NCBI GenBank assembly: GCA_017534745.1
Contig: JAFXVX010000018.1
Coordinates: forward strand, 1-64,000
Reading direction: 5' to 3'
DNA from: Bacteroidales bacterium
GTDB taxonomy: Bacteria; Bacteroidota; Bacteroidia; Bacteroidales; UBA932
Length of the DNA: 64,000 nucleotides
Made by a program: the position numbers and the translations under genes. The first letter of the stretch is position 1. Each line of letters begins with the position of its first letter. Below are positions 15,566-25,237 of this stretch, piece after piece. The notes beneath the pieces are model-generated. The model was not told the origin of the DNA. It did not search any database and saw only the letters and a program-made list of their open reading frames with translations.

Positions 15566-17599
15566 ATGAAATTACCGAAGATCCCGAGACGTTTCCTGCC
15601 GCTTGCAGCGCTGACCCTTGTCCTCCTCGTCATTATGCCGAGGACGGCCAAGTTCGGCTACGACTACAAGAAAGGTTCGCCCTGGCCCTACGAGACCCTT
15701 ATCGCCCAGTTCGATTTCCCGGTTCTCAAGACCGAGGAGCAGATACTGGAGGAGAGGGAAAGCGCAGGCTCCGTCATCATCCCGTATTACCGTTTCTCTG
15801 AAGAGACGGTAGGGGAGACGGTAAAGGCGGTGGAGGCGCTGGATCTTGGAAAATACTCATCCCTAAAAGGGGAAATAATATCGAAGATAGGGGAGATCTA
15901 CGGCAAAGGCATTATCTCGGACGCCAAGATAAAGGTTGTCAAAGGGTCGGCCGACGTCTCAAAGGATGTCATCTATATCCAGAGGGGCAAGAGGGCCGAG
16001 AAGCATCCTGTGAGCGAAGTTTACAAGGTCTCCTCCGCGGAGAACAAACTTCTCTCGGACATCTCCGCCGGCCATCCGGACGTCAATGTGGATTCCCTCC
16101 TTTCCAAAGGGGGAGTCTATGATTTGCTGACTCCCAACCTTACTTACGACCGCACGACGACTGAGCTCGTCCATGCGGGTTCTTCGGACTACATCTCTCC
16201 GACCCAGGGCTACGTCGCCAAGGACCGCAAGATAGTCTCGCAGGGCGAGATCGTGACGGCGGAAATCGCACAGATGCTGGATTCCTACAAGGCGGAGTAC
16301 AACAAGACCTACGGCTACGGCAAGCCCCGTGTCCTGCTTTGGCTGGGCAATCTTCTCCTGGCTATAACCCTTGTAGTAATCCTTTATTTTTCAATATATT
16401 ACACCAATCCGAAGATATTCTCCGACCGCAACAGGTACTACTATCTCCTGATGGTTTTCCTGCTTGCCTCGGTCTCGGCGTTCCTCACTGACAAGCTTCC
16501 TCCGACCCTTGTCTATCTGATGCCGTTCTACATCTTCGCCCTGTTCCTCCAGTCGTTTTTCTCCACCAGGGTGGTGCTGCCGGTCTATGTGGTCTCGCTG
16601 CTTCCGCTCCTGATTTTCTCCGGGAGCGGGGTTGAACTCTTCATTATGCACATTACGGCCGGAGTGGTAGGAGTTTTCATGGTCAGGTATTTTGGCAAGA
16701 GCTGGCGCCAGTTCATCCTGGCGACCGCAGTCTTTGTGGTGCTTCTCGTGACCCACGTCGCCTTCCGCCTGACCGACATGGTCGGCAGCAGCAATTTCTT
16801 CCGCACTGCGATGTACCTCGGCCTCGGCTGCTTCATCGCGGTCGGGCTTTACCAGTTGATATATCTCTTCGAGAAAATATTCAATTTGGTGTCAGCCAAT
16901 CGCCTGAGCGAGTTGGCAGACACAAATAACAAGCTTCTCCGCGAGCTTTCGCAGAAGGCTCCCGGTACCTTCCAGCACTGCCTTCAGGTGATGAGTATGG
17001 CCGACGCCGCGGCCCGTTCGATCGACGCGGATGTCGCGCTCGTGAGGGCCGGGGCCCTTTATCACGACATAGGCAAGATGGCTAACCCCCTCTGTTTCAT
17101 TGAGAATGAGAACCTCGTTCCGGGCGGCTCCCACTACCACGAGTCCCTGACGCCGGAGGAGAGCGCGAAGCAGATCATCCGCCACGTCAGCGACGGAGTC
17201 GAAATAGCCGTAAAGAACGGTCTGCCCGACGTGATTAAGGATTTCATACTCACTCACCACGGGACCTCCAAGACCGGCTATTTCTACGGTCGTTATCTCC
17301 AGGAAGGCGGTGACCCGGAAAACTCTGCATCCTTCACGTATCCAGGCCCCAATCCCGTGACCAAGGAGCAGACGGTCCTTATGCTCTGCGATTCTCTCGA
17401 AGCCGCATCCAGGACCCTCAAGGAGAATTCCCCGGAAGCTTATTCCGAGTTCGTGGAAAAGATAGTCGAAGGCAAGATGAAGGAGGGTCAGTTCAGGGAC
17501 GCTGACATATCTGTCCGCGAGATCGGTATAGTTAAAGAGGTGATGAAGGATTACCTCCGCCAGATTTACCATGAAAGAATAGAATATCCAAAACAATAA
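15566..17599 (+). CDS. 7TM receptor with intracellular HD-GYP-type metal-dependent phosphohydrolase domain (7TMR-HD)
   Basis: 677 aa. N-terminal extracellular region, seven hydrophobic helices in the middle, C-terminal HD domain (ALYHDIGK, LTHHGT). Confidence 0.8.
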   Translation: MKLPKIPRRFLPLAALTLVLLVIMPRTAKFGYDYKKGSPWPYETLIAQFDFPVLKTEEQILEERESAGSVIIPYYRFSEETVGETVKAVEALDLGKYSSLKGEIISKIGEIYGKGIISDAKIKVVKGSADVSKDVIYIQRGKRAEKHPVSEVYKVSSAENKLLSDISAGHPDVNVDSLLSKGGVYDLLTPNLTYDRTTTELVHAGSSDYISPTQGYVAKDRKIVSQGEIVTAEIAQMLDSYKAEYNKTYGYGKPRVLLWLGNLLLAITLVVILYFSIYYTNPKIFSDRNRYYYLLMVFLLASVSAFLTDKLPPTLVYLMPFYIFALFLQSFFSTRVVLPVYVVSLLPLLIFSGSGVELFIMHITAGVVGVFMVRYFGKSWRQFILATAVFVVLLVTHVAFRLTDMVGSSNFFRTAMYLGLGCFIAVGLYQLIYLFEKIFNLVSANRLSELADTNNKLLRELSQKAPGTFQHCLQVMSMADAAARSIDADVALVRAGALYHDIGKMANPLCFIENENLVPGGSHYHESLTPEESAKQIIRHVSDGVEIAVKNGLPDVIKDFILTHHGTSKTGYFYGRYLQEGGDPENSASFTYPGPNPVTKEQTVLMLCDSLEAASRTLKENSPEAYSEFVEKIVEGKMKEGQFRDADISVREIGIVKEVMKDYLRQIYHERIEYPKQ

Positions 17600-17603
17600 C
17601 GAA

Positions 17604-18917
17604 ATGAAAATTGACAGCAAACAGATTGACGCGCTGAATTCGACAGTGAAGATTACTCTCGCTCCCGCTGATTACGAGGAGGCAGTGAAGAAAAGACTTT
17701 CCGAGCGCAGGCGCACGGCGGAGCTCAAGGGGTTCCGCAAGGGAATGGCACCTGCATCCCTTATAAACAGGCTTTATGGCGAGCAGGCCCTTTATGAAGC
17801 GGTCAACAGGGTGGTCTCCGACGCCCTCAATAACCATATCAGCGAGAAGAAGCTCCGCGTCGTCGGTGAGCCCCTTCCCAGCGAGGATCAGCCTGAGAAC
17901 AAGTGGGAGAACGGAGCCGACTTCTCCTTCTCTTTCGATATAGCGACGACCCCGGAGATCAACGTGGATGTTGACAAGTCCGACAAGGTGGTTTACTATC
18001 AGATCAACGTGACCAAGGAAGCCCGCGAAGCCCTCAAGAAGAACATTCTCGGCAGCTACGGCACGACCGAGGAGGCCCCTAAGGCCGGCCCCGAGGACTA
18101 TATCATCGCAGACCTTGACAACGGCACCCACAAAGTGGACGGCGCCTACATTTCCCTGAGGAATGTCGCCGGGGCCGTGCAGCCGGCATTCGTCGGCATC
18201 AAGGCCGGCGACAGCCTGGATATCAATGTCAATGAGGTCTTTGAGAATGAGACCGACAGGGCCGCCCTCCTTAAAGTCAAGAAGGAGGAGCTCCCTTCCA
18301 TCGATCCTGCTTTCAAGCTCACTGTGGTCAATGTCAAGACTTTCGTCCCCGCAAAGGAGAGCCAGGAGACCTATGACAAGATCTATGGTGAAGGTGTCGT
18401 GAAGAGCGCCGAGGAGTTCGATGCGAAGATCGACGAGAGGCTTCGCGCAGAATACGCCCAGATGGCGGACTCCCGCTTCGCCAGGGACCTTCGCGACTAT
18501 CTGGTCGCAAAGGCTGCGGTCGATCTCCCCGAGGCTTTCCTCAAGAGGTGGCTCTTTGAGGTCAACGAGGGCAAATACAGCAAGGAGCAGATCGAGCACG
18601 ATTTCCCTGCCTTCCTCGCTGATTTCCGCTGGCAGATGGTCAAGGGTTCCATCATGAAGAAACTGGGGCTCAAGGTTGAAAAAGACGAGGTGCAGGCTGC
18701 GGCCTACTCCTATGCGGCCTATCAGTATGCGATGTACGGCTTTGCCAACGCTCCCAAGGAGATGGTTGAGGACTACGCAAAGAGGATTCTTACCGATGAA
18801 CGCCAGGCCCGCCAGATTGAAGAGCAGGTCGAGGACAACAAGACCATCGCCGCCGTCCGCGAGCTTATCACCCTTGAGAACAAGAAGATATCAGAAGCTA
18901 AATTCAAGGCACTATGA
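17604..18917 (+). CDS. tig: trigger factor (ribosome-associated chaperone/PPIase)
   Basis: 437 aa with the GFRKGMAP signature of the trigger factor N-domain. Position is immediately upstream of clpP-clpX. Confidence 0.9.
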   Translation: MKIDSKQIDALNSTVKITLAPADYEEAVKKRLSERRRTAELKGFRKGMAPASLINRLYGEQALYEAVNRVVSDALNNHISEKKLRVVGEPLPSEDQPENKWENGADFSFSFDIATTPEINVDVDKSDKVVYYQINVTKEAREALKKNILGSYGTTEEAPKAGPEDYIIADLDNGTHKVDGAYISLRNVAGAVQPAFVGIKAGDSLDINVNEVFENETDRAALLKVKKEELPSIDPAFKLTVVNVKTFVPAKESQETYDKIYGEGVVKSAEEFDAKIDERLRAEYAQMADSRFARDLRDYLVAKAAVDLPEAFLKRWLFEVNEGKYSKEQIEHDFPAFLADFRWQMVKGSIMKKLGLKVEKDEVQAAAYSYAAYQYAMYGFANAPKEMVEDYAKRILTDERQARQIEEQVEDNKTIAAVRELITLENKKISEAKFKAL

Positions 18918-19585
18918 AAAGTGAATTCAACCGTTTTGCCGTTTCCTCCGGGATCTCGTCAATGACGCTCCACCGCTATGAGAGTGCGGTGGATTCGTAC
19001 ATCAACCCCACAATCATCGAGGAGCGCAAGATGAATGTCGCTTCGATGGATGTCTTCAGCCGCCTGATGATGGACAGGATTATCTTCCTCGGCGTCCCCA
19101 TCGACGACGACGTGGCCAATATCATCCAGGCCCAGCTCCTTTTCCTCGCATCGACGGACAGCAATGCCGATATCAGTCTGTATCTCAACACTCCCGGTGG
19201 CCAGGTCACTTCCGGCCTTGCCATTTACGACACGATGCAGATCGTTTCGCCTGACGTCGCGACGATCTGTACCGGCATGGCTGCCTCGATGGGCGCCGTG
19301 CTGCTTTGCGCCGGTGCGGCGGGCAAGCGCTCGGCCCTTCCTCACTCGAGGGTGCTGATTCACCAGCCGCTCGGCGGCGCAAAGGGTCAGGCGTCCGATA
19401 TACTTATCGCAGCCAAGGAGATAGAGAAGACCCGTGAGGAGCTCTTCCGCATCATCGCTTCCCACACCGGCCAGCCTTACGAGAAGGTCGCGGCCGACGG
19501 CGACAGGGACTATTGGATGACCTCCGATGAGGCTCTTGCCTACGGTATGATTGACGAAATCCTTTCGGGAAAGAAGAATAAGTAG
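18914..19585 (+). CDS. clpP: ATP-dependent Clp protease proteolytic subunit
   Basis: 223 aa with RIIFLG, TPGG, active-site GMAASMG and HQPLGG motifs. Overlaps the tig stop by 4 nt. Confidence 0.9.
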   Translation: MKSEFNRFAVSSGISSMTLHRYESAVDSYINPTIIEERKMNVASMDVFSRLMMDRIIFLGVPIDDDVANIIQAQLLFLASTDSNADISLYLNTPGGQVTSGLAIYDTMQIVSPDVATICTGMAASMGAVLLCAGAAGKRSALPHSRVLIHQPLGGAKGQASDILIAAKEIEKTREELFRIIASHTGQPYEKVAADGDRDYWMTSDEALAYGMIDEILSGKKNK

Positions 19586-19588
19586 GGA

Positions 19589-20809
19589 ATGGCCAGGAAA
19601 ATGTCCGGGACTTCACGCAGATGCTTTTTCTGCGGCAGGGAAGAGAAGGATGTCGATCTTCTCCTCCAGGGCATGTCGGGATGTATCTGCACCGATTGTG
19701 TCGGGATGATAGACGACTATCTTCGCGAGTCCGCTCCTTCGGTGGGAGACTCCTACAGGCCGTCCCTTCCGGTCAAGACGAAGACCCCGAAGGAGATAGT
19801 CTCTGTCCTCGACCAGTATGTCATAGGCCAGGACAGGGCCAAGAAAATCCTTTCAGTAGCTGTCTATAACCACTATAAGCGTCTTGCCAACAATCTCGGA
19901 GGCAAGGAGGACAACGAGGTTGAGCTGGAGAAGTCAAATATCCTTCTCGTGGGCCCGACAGGCACAGGTAAGACATTGCTGGCCAAGACCATAGCCAGGC
20001 TTCTGGAGGTCCCGTTCACTATTGTGGACGCGACCGTCCTGACGGAAGCCGGCTATGTCGGCGAGGATGTTGAGAGCATTCTCACCCGCCTTCTGCAGGA
20101 GGCGGATTTCGACGCGAAGAAAGCAGAGATGGGCATAGTCTTCATCGACGAGATAGACAAGATAGCCCGCAAGAGCGACAATCCATCGATTACCCGCGAC
20201 GTTTCCGGCGAAGGTGTGCAGCAGGCGCTGCTCAAGCTCCTCGAAGGTTCAGTCGTCAACGTTCCGCCGAAGGGCGGCCGCAAGCACCCCGAGCAGGAGT
20301 TTATCCACATCAACACCCAGAACATCCTCTTCATCTGCGGCGGCGCCTTCGAAGGGATAGAACGCCGTATCGCCCAGAGGCTTAACACCCAGATTATCGG
20401 TTTCGGTGCTGAGCAGAAGCAAAGGATTACTTCCGATAACCTTCTTCAGTATGTTGAGGCTCAGGATTTGAGGGCTTATGGCCTTATCCCTGAGATTGTC
20501 GGTCGGCTCCCCGTCGTGACGTATCTTGATCACCTCGACAGGGATGCCCTCAAAAGGATTCTCACGGAGCCGAAAAACTCCGTCATCCGCCAGTACACCA
20601 AACTCTTCGAGATGGACGGCAAAAAGCTTGTCATAGATCCGGAAGTCCTCGATATCATCGTGGACACTTCCATCGAGAATAAGCTTGGCGCCCGCGGCCT
20701 CCGGTCAATCTGCGAGAAAATAATGACAGACGCGATGTATGAAGCTCCCTCGACAAAGTCGGCGACCTTCCACATCACGCCTGAATACGCCCGGGAAAAA
20801 CTTTCCTAA
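19589..20809 (+). CDS. clpX: ATP-dependent Clp protease ATP-binding subunit ClpX
   Basis: 406 aa with an N-terminal C4 zinc finger (CFFCG...CTDCV), Walker A GPTGTGKT and Walker [10 protein letters not shown]. Confidence 0.95.
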   Translation: MARKMSGTSRRCFFCGREEKDVDLLLQGMSGCICTDCVGMIDDYLRESAPSVGDSYRPSLPVKTKTPKEIVSVLDQYVIGQDRAKKILSVAVYNHYKRLANNLGGKEDNEVELEKSNILLVGPTGTGKTLLAKTIARLLEVPFTIVDATVLTEAGYVGEDVESILTRLLQEADFDAKKAEMGIVFIDEIDKIARKSDNPSITRDVSGEGVQQALLKLLEGSVVNVPPKGGRKHPEQEFIHINTQNILFICGGAFEGIERRIAQRLNTQIIGFGAEQKQRITSDNLLQYVEAQDLRAYGLIPEIVGRLPVVTYLDHLDRDALKRILTEPKNSVIRQYTKLFEMDGKKLVIDPEVLDIIVDTSIENKLGARGLRSICEKIMTDAMYEAPSTKSATFHITPEYAREKLS

Positions 20810-22791
20810 AGAAAATCTTCAAAGTAGCGCGTGACCTTGTCCATCAGGTGGATACGGTCACGCCCCATAACGTTGTGCTCGGCCACCGGGTAGGGGAAAT
20901 AGTCCACAGGGACTCCCAGTCTCACGCATTCCTGGACAAAGCTGAGGCTGTGCTCCCAGACGACTGTCTTATCGACAGCTCCCTGGCAGATAAGAAGACG
21001 GCCCTTCAGGTTGCCGGCCTTGCTGACAAGGCCTGTCGCTTCGAATCCTTCCGGATTGGTCTCCGGAGTGTCCATGTAGCGCTCTCCGTACATCACCTCG
21101 TACCACTTCCAGTCGATGACCGGGCCGCCGGCGACGCCGACCTTGAAAGTCTCCGGGAAGCGCGTCATAAGGGTAATCGTCATAAAGCCTCCGTAGCTCC
21201 ATCCGTGGACGCCAATCCTGTCGGCATCCACATACGGCAGGCTGCGAAGCATCTTTATGCCTTCCATCTGGTCGGCGGCCTCTGCCTCGCCGCAGCGGCG
21301 GTTTATGGCCTTCTCGAAGGCGGCGCCGCGGTTTTCGGTCCCCCTGTTGTCCTGGACATAGACGATGTAACCCTTCTGTGCCATAAGCATTTCCCACATT
21401 CGGACGCCGCCGAGCCACTTGTCTGCTACCATCTGTGAATGGGGGCCACCATAGACATAGACAACAACTGGGTATTTCTTTGAAGGATCGAAACCGAGGG
21501 GACGGTAGAGCCTGTAGTAGTTGTCGAAACGTCCGTCGGCGCTTTTCACGGTGCCGAGCTCGACCTCGGTCGAGGCGTAGGCCTTGAGAGGGTCCTCTGC
21601 GACCATGACGGTGCGGCTGCTCCTGCCGTCGGTGGAGCGGACAACCGTCTGGCCGGGGAAATCAAAGGACGTCCAACTGTCTATATACCAGGTGCATGAG
21701 GGGTTCATCGAGATGTCGTGCCAGCCCTCTTCCGTTGTCAGTCGGACGCTCTTGCCGAACTTAATCCTGTCAGGAGCAGCCTTTTTCTTAGGTATATTAA
21801 GGTCAATCCGGAACAGATGATTCTCGATGGGGGAGACCTCGGCGGAGGTGTACCAGACGGATCTGCCGTTGTTGGCGACGTACTGCACGTCAGCGTCAAC
21901 CCCGGTAAGGCGGCGTATATGGCCCAGGGTATCAACCAGATAGAGATTGCGCCAGCCATCCATGTTGTCGGTGCGGTAGATGAACATGTCGGTCCTGCCC
22001 TTCAGGAACCAGACGGGATCCTGGGGTTCTACCCAGGCGTCGTTGTCCTCTGTGAGAAGCGTGCGGCGGAATTCGCCCGTTGCCGCGTCGTAGCGATCCA
22101 GCCTGGCGTGGTGCTGGCTGCGGTCGAGAATGACGGCATAGATGTCCTTCTCGTCTGGCGACCAGCTGACGGAGGTAATGTACCGCTCGGGGGTGAACCC
22201 CTTGACATCTAGCACCGTAGTGCTCTTGTTGTCAAGGTGATAGACCAGCAGTTTGACCTTTTCTGAATCCATCCCGGCCATGGGATATTTAATCTGCACC
22301 AGCGAGCCGGTCCGGGAGGTGATATCAAGGAGGGGAAAACTCGTCACCAGCCTTTCGTCCTTCATATAGAAGGCGACGGCTCTGCCGGAGGGGGAGAAAT
22401 ACCAGCCGTCGTTGATACCGAACTCATTGCGGCTCACCGTCTCGCCGAAGGTGAACGCCCCGGCGGTCCCTTCTGCGACGAGAGTTGTGTCGCGGCCATC
22501 GACGACATAAAAACTTCCGTCCTTTGAGAAGGCTGATGGCTTTACGGCAGGGATGGAGACCCCGACGGAGTCTTTTTCCCACTTGCCGTCCTTATAATAT
22601 TTATAGGTGTTCTCTCCTGTCCATCTGCAGTAGGCTCTTTTCGGATAGACACCCTTCCCGAGCACGACTTCTTCCATGGTGAAGAGCCTGCCGGAAGGGT
22701 CTCCGGCCGGTTTTGTCTTAAGAACAGCGGCTTCGGAGACACAAGGAAGAAAAGCCGCCAGGGCGATGGCGGCTGCAAGTCTTTTAATCAT
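20806..22791 (-). CDS. S9B family dipeptidyl-peptidase IV-like serine peptidase
   Basis: 661 aa with signal peptide, N-terminal beta-propeller and C-terminal alpha/beta hydrolase with GWSYGG nucleophile motif. Converges on clpX with a 4-nt overlap. Confidence 0.85.
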   Translation of the reverse strand: MIKRLAAAIALAAFLPCVSEAAVLKTKPAGDPSGRLFTMEEVVLGKGVYPKRAYCRWTGENTYKYYKDGKWEKDSVGVSIPAVKPSAFSKDGSFYVVDGRDTTLVAEGTAGAFTFGETVSRNEFGINDGWYFSPSGRAVAFYMKDERLVTSFPLLDITSRTGSLVQIKYPMAGMDSEKVKLLVYHLDNKSTTVLDVKGFTPERYITSVSWSPDEKDIYAVILDRSQHHARLDRYDAATGEFRRTLLTEDNDAWVEPQDPVWFLKGRTDMFIYRTDNMDGWRNLYLVDTLGHIRRLTGVDADVQYVANNGRSVWYTSAEVSPIENHLFRIDLNIPKKKAAPDRIKFGKSVRLTTEEGWHDISMNPSCTWYIDSWTSFDFPGQTVVRSTDGRSSRTVMVAEDPLKAYASTEVELGTVKSADGRFDNYYRLYRPLGFDPSKKYPVVVYVYGGPHSQMVADKWLGGVRMWEMLMAQKGYIVYVQDNRGTENRGAAFEKAINRRCGEAEAADQMEGIKMLRSLPYVDADRIGVHGWSYGGFMTITLMTRFPETFKVGVAGGPVIDWKWYEVMYGERYMDTPETNPEGFEATGLVSKAGNLKGRLLICQGAVDKTVVWEHSLSFVQECVRLGVPVDYFPYPVAEHNVMGRDRIHLMDKVTRYFEDFL

Positions 22792-22796
22792 TGGAA

Positions 22797-23231
22797 CTAG
22801 GTCGTTGTGAAGATGTCCTCGTCGAGGGAATGGTTCTTGTCCTCGATGGGCCTGGACTCTTCAATGGAATCGACTATCCTTTTGTTGTAACCTCTCCAGG
22901 GAAGGGTGCCGAAATACTCCTTGAAGTGGAGCGATACCCTCTGGCCGGTCAGGCCCATAAGCTGCTCCGCTACTTCTGCGTCGGATACGGAGAAACTGAA
23001 TTCATTGGACTGGACACCGCCCTGGGAGTCTTTGCCCTTCGAGCCGTAGCCGGAGAGGATCATCACTCCTTCGTAGGTCTTGAAAACATAGCCCTTGCGG
23101 GAGATCTGGTTGAGCTCACCGGTCTTGACGCCCTCGCTGAAAACATAGTAGAAACGGAAGTAGCAGAAGGCGGCCAGGCCGAGGATCAGGATTACGATGA
23201 ACCAGGTGAGAACTTTTTTGAACGTTGTCAT
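22797..23231 (-). CDS. membrane-anchored hypothetical protein
   Basis: Start chosen at the internal ATG (MTTFKKVLTWFIVILILGLAAF...), giving 144 aa with a single N-terminal TM helix. The longer ORF-track start would add an unlikely N-terminal extension. Confidence 0.45.
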   Translation of the reverse strand: MTTFKKVLTWFIVILILGLAAFCYFRFYYVFSEGVKTGELNQISRKGYVFKTYEGVMILSGYGSKGKDSQGGVQSNEFSFSVSDAEVAEQLMGLTGQRVSLHFKEYFGTLPWRGYNKRIVDSIEESRPIEDKNHSLDEDIFTTT

Positions 23232-23446
23232 ATCAGTGCATGTTTGAGACAAAAATACGAAATTTTTAAAAAGAAAAATGCAGGGGTATGAAGGTTTTTT
23301 CCATGGGTAGTTAAGATTTCCCTTTAAAAAACAGCAAAAGTGTTTAAAAAACATAAAAATCAGGGGCCTGACGCGGCTCTCCGCTTGATTCCAGGCGGAG
23401 CCCAGGCTTACCTTTGCATCGGTTCTGATTTCAGTCAAATCCCGCA

Positions 23447-24226
23447 ATGCGCACACTTCCGCTCATATTATCCTTCGCTTTTGCCGCCTGCTCTACCATG
23501 CCGGAGCAGGCGACGGAGGTGACGGTCAGGGTGAAGTGGCCGTCTGAGGCGCCGTCATCGATGACGGTAATTGCCTACGGCAGCACGAGGCGGGAGCTGA
23601 CCAGAAAGACCGTGACCGGAGCCGACTCCGTCAGATTCCTGTGTCCCGGGAGAGTGCTCGCGGCCGTCGCTTTTCCATATACGGAGGACGAGTGGCGTTC
23701 GCTGAGGCTCCATTCGACAGGGAGCCTGGGCTCGGCGTCGGTCACCTACGGAGAGGGATACGGGTCCGGGACGCTTTTCAGTGCCGGAGGGGCTTACGTG
23801 GAAGGGAAGGAGTGCCATATATCTGCCTTGGCGCTTCTCCATCCCAGGGAAGTCTGTCTCAGGATTGACGAGCCGTCCCGGATCGCCTCGATCGAGGGAG
23901 CCCTGTCGGGCGTCCCGGCCGGAGCGCTGCTCCGCGGCGGGGAAACGCTTCCTGACAGGGTGTCGGTCCCGCTCCGGGACTGGAGATTTTCGGGGACCCT
24001 GGCGAGGTCCTCGTGCACACTGTTCGACAGCGGGTGTGTCGGGACCGTCTCGGTGAGGATACTCCTCACGGACGGGAAGACGGTCTTCCGAACCCGCTTC
24101 CCCAGCGGGCCTCCGGGCATGTTCCCGGTCCCCGAAATCTCTCTCCCGGAGACCTCTTCCGGCGGTTTTTTCCAGGCTGAAATAGGGGACTGGACCCAGT
24201 CAGACACCATCACAATCAATGTTTAA
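23447..24226 (+). CDS. lipoprotein; putative pilus anchor/accessory protein of the downstream fimbrillin cluster
   Basis: 259 aa with lipoprotein signal (LILSFAFAAC-S). Immediately upstream of and co-directional with the fimbrillin-like genes. A -7-like motif TACCTTTG lies upstream. Confidence 0.4.
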   Translation: MRTLPLILSFAFAACSTMPEQATEVTVRVKWPSEAPSSMTVIAYGSTRRELTRKTVTGADSVRFLCPGRVLAAVAFPYTEDEWRSLRLHSTGSLGSASVTYGEGYGSGTLFSAGGAYVEGKECHISALALLHPREVCLRIDEPSRIASIEGALSGVPAGALLRGGETLPDRVSVPLRDWRFSGTLARSSCTLFDSGCVGTVSVRILLTDGKTVFRTRFPSGPPGMFPVPEISLPETSSGGFFQAEIGDWTQSDTITINV

Positions 24227-24247
24227 CAAAAATACCACTCCAAAACC

Positions 24248-25237
24248 ATGAAAAGAAGCATCCTTCTTGGCGCGGCGCTCGCCGCAACGCTCCTCTCCTG
24301 CAAGTCCAACCTTGCCGACCCTTCATCCCCGGCGCTTCCCGAAGCCGTCACTTTCGGGTCTTATGTCCCTTACACCCGTACGGCCGCAATAACCAGCGCA
24401 AACATTACCGATTTCGGTGTCTATGCCAGCTACAATCCATCCGGCGGCTGGACTGCAGATCTGACACCCAATTTCATGTTCGACCAGAAAGTGGAGGGCA
24501 GCGCCGCGGCGGGTTTTTCCTATTCTCCGCTAAAATACTGGCCTAAAAACGAAGGGGAGACCATTTCTTTCTTCGCTTATGCTCCCTACAAAAGTGATTC
24601 GAACGGCATTGCCGAAAGCAGCGCCCCTTCGGATGCGGGCAGCCCGCTGATCCGCTATAACCTGCCGGATGATGAGACCGCGCAGGTTGACCTTCTCGTG
24701 GCCGCCCCTGTGCCCGGCCGCACGTCTTTTGACGGGCAGGTCCGTTTCAATTTCTCCCACGCCCTTTCAAGGATAGGCATCAGTGTCAAGACTCCCGCCG
24801 CGGTCATCGCTTCAGGCAGTTACGTTTATCTGAATGCCGTGGATGTGGAGGCTGCTTTCCCTTCGTCAGGCGTGCTGGATCTTGGAACGGGCGGCTGGAG
24901 TTTCATCAATGCCGGTGCAGCCAGGACTTATTCCAGGGATCTTGGCGCTTCCGAGTCCGGTCTTTCAGTAGGGACTTCCGAATACCCGGTGCTCACAGGC
25001 GACGACTATATCATGTGCATTCCCGGAGGATCCATCCGCACATATCTTACCGTCACTTACACAGTCGTGACCCCCGATGCGGCGCTCGCGGCAGGGAAGT
25101 CAGTGATAGTCAACACAGTGGAGCTGCAGACCAATGTGACGGCGCAGGCGGGAAAGACCTTCACCATCATACTTAATCTTTCGCCGGATGCAGTGGAGTT
25201 CGACGCTCCCGTTGTAAGCGATTGGGAAGATGTGTAG
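24248..25237 (+). CDS. fimbrillin-like lipoprotein (Bacteroidales FimA/Mfa-type pilin fold)
   Basis: 329 aa with lipoprotein signal (LLS-C), FGVYASY and SFFAYAPY motifs typical of this pilin family, and a C-terminal beta-strand region. Confidence 0.6.
   Translation: MKRSILLGAALAATLLSCKSNLADPSSPALPEAVTFGSYVPYTRTAAITSANITDFGVYASYNPSGGWTADLTPNFMFDQKVEGSAAAGFSYSPLKYWPKNEGETISFFAYAPYKSDSNGIAESSAPSDAGSPLIRYNLPDDETAQVDLLVAAPVPGRTSFDGQVRFNFSHALSRIGISVKTPAAVIASGSYVYLNAVDVEAAFPSSGVLDLGTGGWSFINAGAARTYSRDLGASESGLSVGTSEYPVLTGDDYIMCIPGGSIRTYLTVTYTVVTPDAALAAGKSVIVNTVELQTNVTAQAGKTFTIILNLSPDAVEFDAPVVSDWEDV

Noticed and set aside
22797-23456. 219-aa version of the small minus-strand membrane protein
   Set aside because: The first 75 residues are low-complexity (FMFFKHFCCF...) and run through the divergent promoter region. 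The internal Met preceding a clean TM anchor is a more plausible start.
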